Source: Fibrobacterota bacterium (GTDB lineage: Bacteria; Fibrobacterota; Fibrobacteria; UBA11236). From it: a DNA stretch of 64,000 nt. The DNA lies in the NCBI GenBank assembly GCA_023249635.1, contig JAHFCH010000004.1, positions 13,730 through 77,729 of the forward strand, written 5' to 3'. Made by a program: the position numbers and the translations under genes. Shown in pieces: positions 32,794 to 40,556 of the stretch; position 1 is the stretch's first letter, and each line of letters starts with the position of its first letter. Below the pieces are notes generated by a model. That model saw only the letters and a program-made list of their open reading frames with translations, was not told the DNA's origin and did not search any database.

Positions 32794-33522
32794 ATGCTGA
32801 TTGAGGAACTGACCCAGGAAGAAGCCCGCGTACTCGGCACCCTGATCGAGAAAAGCCTGGCCACCCCCGACTACTATCCGCTGACCCTGAATTCCCTGCG
32901 CACGGCCTGCAACCAGAAGAGCAGCCGCGACCCCGTGACTGAGTACGACGACGCCACGGTCTCCATCGCCTTGGCGGGACTCAAGCGTAAATGCCTGGTG
33001 ACCTTCATTCCCTATGGCTCATCGGGCACTACCTACAAGTACCGGCATTTCCTGGAAGACCTGCGCTTCAACCTGGAGAAGCCGGATATGGCCGTACTGT
33101 CGGTTCTGCTGTTGCGCGGGGCGCAGACCCTGAACGAAATCAAGCTAAGGGCAGCGAGCATGCATCCGATGGACTCCCTGGAAGCGGCCGAAGCGGTGCT
33201 GAAGGGATTCGCCGAACGGCCGGAACCCTTGGCGGAACTGTTGGCGAAGCGTCCGGGTTGGAAAGAGCCGCGCTGGCGGGATACCGTGCGTGCGCATGTG
33301 GACGCGACGGGCGTCCAGGGACGCGGATCCGATGAGACGGAAGCCGGTCCGGCGGATTTGGCGGCAATGGAATCGCTGCGCCCTGGCTCCCTGGCTTCTA
33401 CACCCCCGCGATCGGCCCGCGAAGAAATCGACGCGCTCAAAGCCGAGGTGGCGGAATTGCGCGCTAGCCTGGAAGCGCTTCAGGCCGACGTAGGCAAAAT
33501 CAGGAACGAATTGGGCGGCTGA
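32794..33522 (+). CDS. YceH-like (DUF480/UPF0502) protein
   Basis: LTQEEARVLGTLIEKSLATPDYYPLTLNSLRTACNQKSSRDPV and VLLLRGAQTLNEIKLRA parallel E. coli YceH. The C-terminus is a coiled coil. Confidence 0.8.
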   Translation: MLIEELTQEEARVLGTLIEKSLATPDYYPLTLNSLRTACNQKSSRDPVTEYDDATVSIALAGLKRKCLVTFIPYGSSGTTYKYRHFLEDLRFNLEKPDMAVLSVLLLRGAQTLNEIKLRAASMHPMDSLEAAEAVLKGFAERPEPLAELLAKRPGWKEPRWRDTVRAHVDATGVQGRGSDETEAGPADLAAMESLRPGSLASTPPRSAREEIDALKAEVAELRASLEALQADVGKIRNELGG

Positions 33523-33534
33523 GTCTCGCTGCGA

Positions 33535-34332
33535 TCATTTCGTTTTGAGAGACTGAGGAAGCATCGATAGGAAGGGTAGCGCCTTCCCGTAGTTCAATTC
33601 CTCGAAGAACATCCCCAAGCGATTCAGATTCTTGTAATAGCGATCGGCATTATGGTAATAGTGCAAATCACTTTGCAGGAACCACGCTTTTTCTCCCAGC
33701 TTTTCCGATAGAAACCATTTCTCCAGAAGCCTGGCAGCGCGTCCGTTCCCATCTTCAAATGGATGGATGTTTACGAAAACCAGATGGATGAGCGATGCGT
33801 AAAAGAAGGCTTGCTTGATGCCGAGATTCGCCTTCTGCAATTCCCGGATATCCCCCCACATCGAAGCGTATAACTCCGGAACTACTCCCGCTGGAGCCGC
33901 TTCGTATTGGATCCGCTGCGCGCCATGTTGCATCACCACCATTTCGGTTTTCCGCAGCACGCCCTGGGCGGCTACCGGGAGCAGATGCGCCGTGATTTTC
34001 CGATGGGCCTGAAGGAATCGCTTGGGAGTCAGGGGATGGGACTGCGCAAGAAGATAAGCCGCGTATAAGTCATCCGGTTTACGTACCAATTCAGGGAGGT
34101 ACTTCGTTTTCAGCATGCGATGCTTGACGAAACTGTCAACTTCGAGCGGTTCCCCTTCAATCTTGGAAGAAGCAATGGCGGAAACCGAAGCGTAGAAGCT
34201 GAAGCTCCGGGTTGAGTAAGGACTTTCATTGAGGGCTCGGAAACGCTTGGCGAGATCCGATGGCAGCTTGGCCTTGAAATCGCGTAAAAGGAAGCGGGGT
34301 AACTTCAGGGATTCCATATCCACCATGTCCAT
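33535..34332 (-). CDS. Fic-family protein (class II, N-terminal inhibitory motif)
   Basis: The Fic motif is HPFEDGNGRAARLL. The upstream SSKIEG fits the (S/T)xxxE(G/N) autoinhibition motif. The gene is visibly AT-richer than its neighbours. Confidence 0.9.
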   Translation of the reverse strand: MDMVDMESLKLPRFLLRDFKAKLPSDLAKRFRALNESPYSTRSFSFYASVSAIASSKIEGEPLEVDSFVKHRMLKTKYLPELVRKPDDLYAAYLLAQSHPLTPKRFLQAHRKITAHLLPVAAQGVLRKTEMVVMQHGAQRIQYEAAPAGVVPELYASMWGDIRELQKANLGIKQAFFYASLIHLVFVNIHPFEDGNGRAARLLEKWFLSEKLGEKAWFLQSDLHYYHNADRYYKNLNRLGMFFEELNYGKALPFLSMLPQSLKTK

Positions 34333-34366
34333 TTTCCGATGCGGAAAAATAGCCTGTTTGCCGTCT

Positions 34367-35164
34367 TCAAACCGGCACCAAAGCCCTGAGCGCCTTCACC
34401 CGTAGCGGCCCGCCCGCCGCGAACAGGCCGTCGCAGCCTTCCAGGAACATTCCCTTCCATGCCGCTTCGTCGGCGGCGCCGGTGAGATGCTCGCCATGCA
34501 GGAATACCAGCGGTTCGATCTTGCCTTTGCCCCGCAACGCCGAAGCGAAACCCGGCCATATCTCTTTGCGGGCCATCGCCAAAGGCAGCGGGAGGAATTC
34601 GGCTGTCAGCCCCAGGTGTACGATGAGCGCATCGCAACCCGCCTCGGCGCAAGCCACCGCGTCTTCGGGGCGGCAGGCCAGCCCGATGGCGAAGAAACCC
34701 GCCTCCCGCGCCTCGCGCAGGCAAGCGATCTCGCGCGCGTATCCCAGTCCCGAGGATTCCAAATCGGCGCGGAAGAACCCGTCGGCCAGGCCGATGGTGG
34801 GGAAGTTGGCGACGCCCTCCAGACCGGCCGCGCGCCAGGCCGCGAAGGCGGGGCCGCGCAGCAATAAGGGATCGGTTCCGCATACGCCCATCGCCACCGG
34901 GCAAGGGGCGCATAGTTCCGGCAGCGGCGCCAGGCTCGCGGCGGCCGCCTCGTTGGCGTTGCCCGAGGCTTGCAAGGCGGAGAGCATTCCGGTTTCCCCC
35001 GCCGGGGGCCGCGAGGGGAAGGCGGGATGATAGAGGATGAGATCCGGAGCCAGCGGCAGGCAGGCGCCGGCCTCGGGGGCGGAAGCGCAAGCGGCGGCGA
35101 ATAGGGATGCGCCGCGGCGTCGTTTGTCGCGCCAGTACTGGACGCGCGGTGAGAATTTGTTCAT
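34367..35164 (-). CDS. PEP-hydrolase-like TIM-barrel protein (PF09370-type)
   Basis: The internal ATG 35164 overlaps the upstream stop as ATGA. The signature is GVANFPTIGLADGFFRADLESSGLGYAREIACLREA...AGCDALIVHLGLT. Confidence 0.7.
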   Translation of the reverse strand: MNKFSPRVQYWRDKRRRGASLFAAACASAPEAGACLPLAPDLILYHPAFPSRPPAGETGMLSALQASGNANEAAAASLAPLPELCAPCPVAMGVCGTDPLLLRGPAFAAWRAAGLEGVANFPTIGLADGFFRADLESSGLGYAREIACLREAREAGFFAIGLACRPEDAVACAEAGCDALIVHLGLTAEFLPLPLAMARKEIWPGFASALRGKGKIEPLVFLHGEHLTGAADEAAWKGMFLEGCDGLFAAGGPLRVKALRALVPV

Positions 35165-36372
35165 GGGCGCAGGATTTCCTCGAGGGCGTTGAGGGCCACG
35201 CGGGCGAACGCGAGATCGTTGATGTGGAAGGGGACGCGCTGCACGCGGCGGAGCGCGGTGGGCTTCACATGCCGTTCCAGGGCTTTGAACAGGATCTCGT
35301 CGGCGGCGGGATCGTGGAACGGTTGCCCGGGCGCGTCTAAGGCCGAGATGCCGCCGGTAGGCAAGAGCAATACGCAAGGCCCGGCCCCCATGTTCAGGCG
35401 CGCGGCGATGTGGCGGGCGAAGGCTTCGTTCTCTTCCGGGCTGGTGCGCATCAAGGTGACCATGGGGGTATGCGTATACAGCAGTCGATGCCGGAAGCGC
35501 GCCGGCACGGTCGCGCGCGGGCCGAAGTTGGCCATATCCAAGGCGCCCACGCTTACCACCGCGGGAATATTATGCAGCGCGATGGCATCGAAGCGTTCCG
35601 GCACCGCAGGGAAAATGCCTCCCAGCAAGGCGTCCGCCACTTCCGTGGTCGTCAAATCCATCAAGGCCCGGAAGGCGCCTTGCGCCGCCATCTCCTCCAT
35701 GGCCGCGCCGCCCGTCCCTACGGCATGGAAAGCCACGCCTTCCCAACCCTTCGCCTCCAATCCCGCCCGCACCATATCCACGCAAGGCGTGGTCACGCCG
35801 AACATGGTGAGGCCCACCGCGGGCGCGACCGGGACCGCGACGGCGCCCGAACGCGCCATGCCTGCGGCGGCATAAGCCGCGTTGCGCAACACCTGCCGCG
35901 AAAGGAAATTGAGACCGGCGATGTCCGAGACCGGGAAGAGCATGCACAGATCCGAAGTGCCGACATAGGCGCGGGTATCCCCGCCCGCCAAGGTCGAGAC
36001 CATCAGCTTAGGCACCCCGCGGGGAAGGCCGCGCAGGGCCGGGGCGATAAGCGAAGTGCCTTCGCTGCCCCCCAGGCCCACCGCGGCCTGCAGCCTACCG
36101 GCCGCGGCTTCTTCCGCCAGGAAACGCGTCAGGGCCTCGCTCATGGCATGGATGGAGGCTTCCCGCTCCTGGCGCGCGAATACGGCTTCGCGCCCTTTGG
36201 GATGGCGTTCGGCCACCTGCTCGCGGCTCACGTCCGGGATGATCTGCGGCGGTCCCTTGAGGCTTACGTCCACCAGCACGACCTCGGCTCCGGCTTCACG
36301 CGCGGCCTGGCCCAGAAAGGCCAGCTCCTTGCCCTTGCTGTCCAGGGTCGCGATGGCGTAAACGCGGTTCAT
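35161..36372 (-). CDS. UPF0261 / Tm-1-like ATP-binding domain protein
   Basis: MNRVYAIATLDSKGKELAFL...VVLVDVS is the typical N-terminus. ATGA overlaps link it to both neighbours. It is the usual partner of PF09370 proteins. Confidence 0.7.
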   Translation of the reverse strand: MNRVYAIATLDSKGKELAFLGQAAREAGAEVVLVDVSLKGPPQIIPDVSREQVAERHPKGREAVFARQEREASIHAMSEALTRFLAEEAAAGRLQAAVGLGGSEGTSLIAPALRGLPRGVPKLMVSTLAGGDTRAYVGTSDLCMLFPVSDIAGLNFLSRQVLRNAAYAAAGMARSGAVAVPVAPAVGLTMFGVTTPCVDMVRAGLEAKGWEGVAFHAVGTGGAAMEEMAAQGAFRALMDLTTTEVADALLGGIFPAVPERFDAIALHNIPAVVSVGALDMANFGPRATVPARFRHRLLYTHTPMVTLMRTSPEENEAFARHIAARLNMGAGPCVLLLPTGGISALDAPGQPFHDPAADEILFKALERHVKPTALRRVQRVPFHINDLAFARVALNALEEILRP

Positions 36373-38255
36373 GGGGCTTCCAGCCAAGCGTACAGGGTCT
36401 TGCGCGTAACGCCCAGGGCGGCGGCGGCGCGGCTCTTGTTGCCGGCGTGCTCGGCGAGCGCATGGCGCGCGGCCTCGCGGCGATCTTTGGCGGAAGCGCC
36501 CGCGGGTAAGAGGGGAGCGGTTCCGGGTGCAGGCTCGGACGGACCTGCCGTCGATGCGATGGTATGCGCGAAATCCTTGCCTTCCAACAACATCCCATCC
36601 TCGAGCAGGGCGGCTTGGGTAAGCACATGCTGCAACTCGCGTACGTTGCCGGGCCAGGCATGCCGCTTGAGGCGCGCCATGAATCGGGGCGAGACCCCTG
36701 AGATGCGTCTCCCCAAGAGCGCCTGCAGGCGGGCCAGGGCATCCTCGATGAGGAGGGGCAGATCGTCCAGGCGCTCGCGCAACGGGGGTACCATCAAGGT
36801 TACGTTGTTGAGTCGGTGGTAGAGGTCGCCGCGGAAGCGGCCCTGTTCCACCAGGCGCGCGAGGGGCTGGTTGGAAGCCGCCACGATGCGGACATCAACG
36901 GGTATGGGGCGCTCGCCGCCTACCCGGGTGATTTCGCGCTGCTGCAATGCGCGCAGGAGCGCCACCTGGCCATGCGGTGACAGGTCGGCGATTTCGTCCA
37001 GGAACAAGGTGCCTTGCTGGGCGAGTTCGAACTTGCCCAGGCGTTTGCGATCGGCGCCCGTGAAGGAACCGCGCTCATGCCCGAACAATTCGCTTTCCAG
37101 CAGGCTATCCGGAATCGCGCCGCAATTCACGGTAACGAAAGGATGCGCGGCGCGGCGGTTGTGCTGGTGCAATTGGATGGCCACCAGTTCCTTTCCCGCT
37201 CCCGATTCTCCCTCCACGTAAACGCTCACATCGAAGGGCGCCACCCTTCGGATGGTCTGGAACAGTTTCCCCATGGCCGCGCTCTGGCCCAGGATGGGAC
37301 CCATTCCCGGGGCCCGCCCCTTCGCGCCCTCGCGGGATCCGGCCGCGGGGCCGCCTTGCGCGGACTGCACCAGCACGCCTTTGAAACGGCGCACCGTGGC
37401 GTCGAGGATGCCGCCCACCGGCAAGCGCTCGAATACCGATCCCCCGGCGAAGCCGTCCAAGGGACAGTAACGCAGCAGCTCCTCGAGATCATCCGGTTCG
37501 GTGACCGCGCCGCCGAAGGCCAGGCATTGCGGTCGGCGCCCGCCGCCGCGGGCCGCGTCCAACATGGCGCGCAAGGCGCTCTGGTTCAATTGCAGCATGT
37601 CACGCGTGGCATGCACGTCCTCGGGCTGGCGCGTAAGACCGAGATGCAGAATGAGCGTGTCCACGCCCGCATCGGCGAAAGCGCGGGCCTCGTGCGGCGT
37701 GAACACGAAACCGAAAGTGCGGAACCCGGCGGCTTTGGCTTCGCGCAACATCGCGATCTCGCTTTGCACGCCCCGGCCCGCGCGTTCCCAGGCCGCCCGC
37801 AAGGCCCCGTCCAGGAATCCCGCTGCCGGCCAATTCGCGATCCCATGCACTCCCAAGGCCCGGTACTGCGCGAGCAGTTCCGCAGCGGGATGGGCCGCAT
37901 CTCCCGCTTGGATGCCCGCCACCGCCGGCAAGCCTCCCGCCACGGGGAGGATATGCCTGCGCAACAAATCCAGGGTCTGGGCATTGGCATTGCCGAAGGG
38001 CAGAAAAGCGGGCAGGGAGCCTTGGCCCTGATTGCGGTATACGCCGGCGTTCAAGGCGATGAGGTAATCGGCCCCGGCTTCGGCTGCGCTGCGGGCCACC
38101 TGCCCTGAACCCGCCACCACGGCCAGAACGGGGTTTCCAGGGTTTCCAGGGTTTCCAGGGTTTCCCGGGCTTCCATTGCCTGCCGCATCATCTGTATACC
38201 GCATATCCATAACTGGATACCATGGTACGTCGGGATGGGTCATTGCGCAACCCAT
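36369..38255 (-). CDS. Sigma-54-dependent transcriptional activator with an N-terminal PEP-hydrolase-like sensor domain
   Basis: The AAA+ core has GESGAGKE and ESELFGHERGSFTGA. The Fis-type HTH is AAALGVTRKTLYAWL. The N-terminal approx. 250 aa (GADYLIALNAGVYRNQGQGSL...GIANWPAAGFLDG...GVDTLILHLGLT) are homologous to 34367-35164. Confidence 0.9.
   Translation of the reverse strand: MGCAMTHPDVPWYPVMDMRYTDDAAGNGSPGNPGNPGNPGNPVLAVVAGSGQVARSAAEAGADYLIALNAGVYRNQGQGSLPAFLPFGNANAQTLDLLRRHILPVAGGLPAVAGIQAGDAAHPAAELLAQYRALGVHGIANWPAAGFLDGALRAAWERAGRGVQSEIAMLREAKAAGFRTFGFVFTPHEARAFADAGVDTLILHLGLTRQPEDVHATRDMLQLNQSALRAMLDAARGGGRRPQCLAFGGAVTEPDDLEELLRYCPLDGFAGGSVFERLPVGGILDATVRRFKGVLVQSAQGGPAAGSREGAKGRAPGMGPILGQSAAMGKLFQTIRRVAPFDVSVYVEGESGAGKELVAIQLHQHNRRAAHPFVTVNCGAIPDSLLESELFGHERGSFTGADRKRLGKFELAQQGTLFLDEIADLSPHGQVALLRALQQREITRVGGERPIPVDVRIVAASNQPLARLVEQGRFRGDLYHRLNNVTLMVPPLRERLDDLPLLIEDALARLQALLGRRISGVSPRFMARLKRHAWPGNVRELQHVLTQAALLEDGMLLEGKDFAHTIASTAGPSEPAPGTAPLLPAGASAKDRREAARHALAEHAGNKSRAAAALGVTRKTLYAWLEAP
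38132..38167. repeat. 9-bp tandem repeat x4 (GGTTTCCAG) inside the EBP gene, encoding (GNP)n
   Basis: There are three perfect units and one with 1 mismatch. On the minus strand they translate as PGNPGNPGNPGN. Confidence 0.9.
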
Positions 38256-38430
38256 TCCTTGGGTTCGCGGGAGTCGCTAATCGGGCAGGGGTCAAAAGGT
38301 GAGGGAAGGCAGGCTCGGCACGGGCCGGTTCGTCGAGGGTGGGGCTCAAGCGAACGTGTGGTGTATGGCCCGTGCCGATTTCTTTGTGCCTTGCGGCCGT
38401 CGCCTGTCAGCGTCAGCCGTAAGGAGGTAT

Positions 38431-38446
38431 TGCAAAGGCCGTGCCG
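38431..38446 (-). promoter_or_regulatory. Candidate sigma-54 promoter of the EBP operon
   Basis: The minus strand reads CGGCACGGCCTTTGCA. The -24 GG and -12 GC have the correct spacing, about 175 nt upstream of the EBP ATG. Confidence 0.5.
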
Positions 38447-38510
38447 ACTCCGAAGGGCCGAAATCTGAATGGAAATGCGACTACACGGTGGTGGTATCCG
38501 CATGGGAACA

Positions 38511-38542
38511 GCCAGGACTGTATACAGGTATACAGTCCTGGC
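38511..38542 (-). other. Perfect 14-bp inverted repeat: terminator of the kinase gene and/or upstream activator sequence (UAS) for the EBP
   Basis: GCCAGGACTGTATA, loop cagg, then TATACAGTCCTGGC. It lies 28 nt after the kinase stop and 65-96 nt upstream of the candidate -24 element. Confidence 0.55.
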
Positions 38543-38569
38543 CGCGTAGAAAGGGGCGGGTGGATCCGC

Positions 38570-40555
38570 TCAGCGCGGAGAGGTCACATTCAGGAGTTCC
38601 CGGACCTTTTCGAGCAAGGATGCGGGAGGGAAGGGCTTGTTCATGAAGGCCGTCTCGCCATCCAACACCCCATGCTGCAAGATGGCGTCGTCGGTATAAC
38701 CCGATATGAAAAGCATGCGCATCGCCGGCCGCAGCCGGGAAAGCTTCTCCGCCAGTTCGCGGCCACCCATGCCGGGCATGACCACGTCGGTGAGGAGCAG
38801 ATGGATTTCGCCGGGAAAGGCTTCGGCAGCCATCAGCGCCTCGTTGCCGTTGGATGCCTCCAGAACCGTGTATCCCTGCGCCGCCAACAATTGCCGCAAG
38901 AACACGCGCACCGAGGTTTCATCTTCGGCCACCAGGATGGTTTCCCGGCGTCGCTCCCGCGTGGTCTGCAAGGGAGCGGCCTCTTCCTCCTTGGCCGGCG
39001 CCTCGTTCAACGCGGGGAAAAGCACTTCGAAGGCCGATCCCTTTCCGGGGGCGGTCTCCACGGAAATGTGCCCGCCCGATTGCTGCACGATACCATACAC
39101 CGTGGAGAGACCCATGCCCGTCCCTTTGCCCATGCTCTTGGTCGTGAAGAACGGATCGAAGATGCGCCCTTTCAACTCTTCGGACATGCCCACCCCGGAA
39201 TCACGCACCGTCAAGGCCACGTATTGCCCCGGTGGCAGACTGCCGTAGCGTGGATGCCTCCGTGCGTCGCGCCGGAACTGCCGGGTTTCGATTTCCAGTC
39301 GGCCGCCCATGGGCATGGCGTCCCGGGCATTGAGCGCCAGGTTCAAGAGCACTTGTTCCAACTGGCTGGGATCGGCCTTGATGCTCGGCAAATTCGGATC
39401 CAGTTTCAACACGTGCTCGATGTCCTCTTGCAGCAGGCGCTTGAGCAGGCCCACCATGCCTTCCACCACGCCGTTCAGATCCACCAGGCGGAAAGCCATG
39501 ATCTGCTGGCGGCTGTAGGCGAGCAGTTGATTGGTGAGGGCGGCAGCGCGCCGTCCCGAGCGCAGGATTTCACCCAGCCCCAGGTTCAGCGCCGCCTTAT
39601 CGTTGAGCTGCCCCAGCAGCAGCTCGCTGTACCCGTTGATGGCGGTGAGCATGTTGTTGAAATCATGCGCGATGCCTCCCGCCAGCTTGCCGATGGCTTC
39701 CATCTTCTGCGCCTGTTGCAGGCTTTCCTTACCCATACGCAAGTCCTCTTCCACCTGCTTGCGTTCGCTCACGTCCATGGCCGCGCCCACCAGGCGGGCG
39801 GGGCGGCCGTCGCGGTCCCGGAACAGCTTGGCGCGCGTATACAGCCAACGGAATCCCCCGTCGGGGCGCAGCACGCGGAATTCCATTTCGCAATCGTTTC
39901 CCGATTCCACCGCCCACGCCACGGTATCGCGGAAGGGCCGCGCATCATCGGGATGGATGCGCGCGATAAGATGTTCCAGCCCCCCGGCCACGGCGCCTTC
40001 GAGCAGGCCCAAGAAGTCATAGAAGCGCAGGGAAGCCAGCATGCGATCGCCGCGGATGTTCCATTCCCACGCGCCGATCTTGCCGGAATCCAGCGCCAGG
40101 CGCAGGCGCTCCTCGCTCTCGCCGAGGTTGGACAGGGTGCCGCGCAACTGGTATTGCCGATGACGGGCGCGCTGGGCCATCTTCAGGGTGCTGAGCAGGG
40201 TAAGCTGGCGGAAGGGACGCTCCAGGAAGGAGACATTCCCCGAGGGCGCGAAGGTATTCAGGGTGGCGAGGCGCGCCTGGCTCAGGTCGCCGTTGCCGGT
40301 GAGGATAACGATAGGGATATCGGACCAGGCCGGCTGCCGCGCGATGACGGCCGCAAGCCGCGGCATGCCGCGTGCGTTGACGCCCTCCTCGGCCAAGAGC
40401 AGCACCCCGGCGCCGTTCTCCAGTTCGTCCGCAACCGCTTCCAGGTTCGCGCAGATATCCGCGGCGAAGCCGGCATTGCGCAACACGGTGCTGACGATAT
40501 CGGCATCGCGCCCCGTGGGCGCCAGCACCAGTACGCGATCTTCCCTGCCGGCCAT
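38570..40555 (-). CDS. Hybrid sensor histidine kinase (receiver-like, PAS, HisKA, HATPase, receiver)
   Basis: The internal ATG 40555 lies 1 nt after the KaiC stop. The H-box is AGGIAHDFNNML. The G-boxes are DSGVGM and GTGMGLSTVYG. The C-terminal receiver has LLLTDVVMPGMGG. The N-terminal receiver-like domain has LAPTGRDA and LLLAEE. Confidence 0.9.
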   Translation of the reverse strand: MAGREDRVLVLAPTGRDADIVSTVLRNAGFAADICANLEAVADELENGAGVLLLAEEGVNARGMPRLAAVIARQPAWSDIPIVILTGNGDLSQARLATLNTFAPSGNVSFLERPFRQLTLLSTLKMAQRARHRQYQLRGTLSNLGESEERLRLALDSGKIGAWEWNIRGDRMLASLRFYDFLGLLEGAVAGGLEHLIARIHPDDARPFRDTVAWAVESGNDCEMEFRVLRPDGGFRWLYTRAKLFRDRDGRPARLVGAAMDVSERKQVEEDLRMGKESLQQAQKMEAIGKLAGGIAHDFNNMLTAINGYSELLLGQLNDKAALNLGLGEILRSGRRAAALTNQLLAYSRQQIMAFRLVDLNGVVEGMVGLLKRLLQEDIEHVLKLDPNLPSIKADPSQLEQVLLNLALNARDAMPMGGRLEIETRQFRRDARRHPRYGSLPPGQYVALTVRDSGVGMSEELKGRIFDPFFTTKSMGKGTGMGLSTVYGIVQQSGGHISVETAPGKGSAFEVLFPALNEAPAKEEEAAPLQTTRERRRETILVAEDETSVRVFLRQLLAAQGYTVLEASNGNEALMAAEAFPGEIHLLLTDVVMPGMGGRELAEKLSRLRPAMRMLFISGYTDDAILQHGVLDGETAFMNKPFPPASLLEKVRELLNVTSPR

Positions 40556-40556
40556 C

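Noticed and set aside
34305-35090. 261-aa minus-strand ORF in an alternative frame
   Set aside because: It is an Arg/Gly/Pro-rich translation that overlaps the PEP-hydrolase-like gene, whose own frame shows family motifs and an ATGA coupling.
38132-38167. Possible CRISPR or other repeat array
   Set aside because: There are only four contiguous 9-bp units with no spacers, inside a coding region. It is a simple in-frame tandem repeat. I saw no CRISPR-like repeat-spacer structure anywhere in the window.
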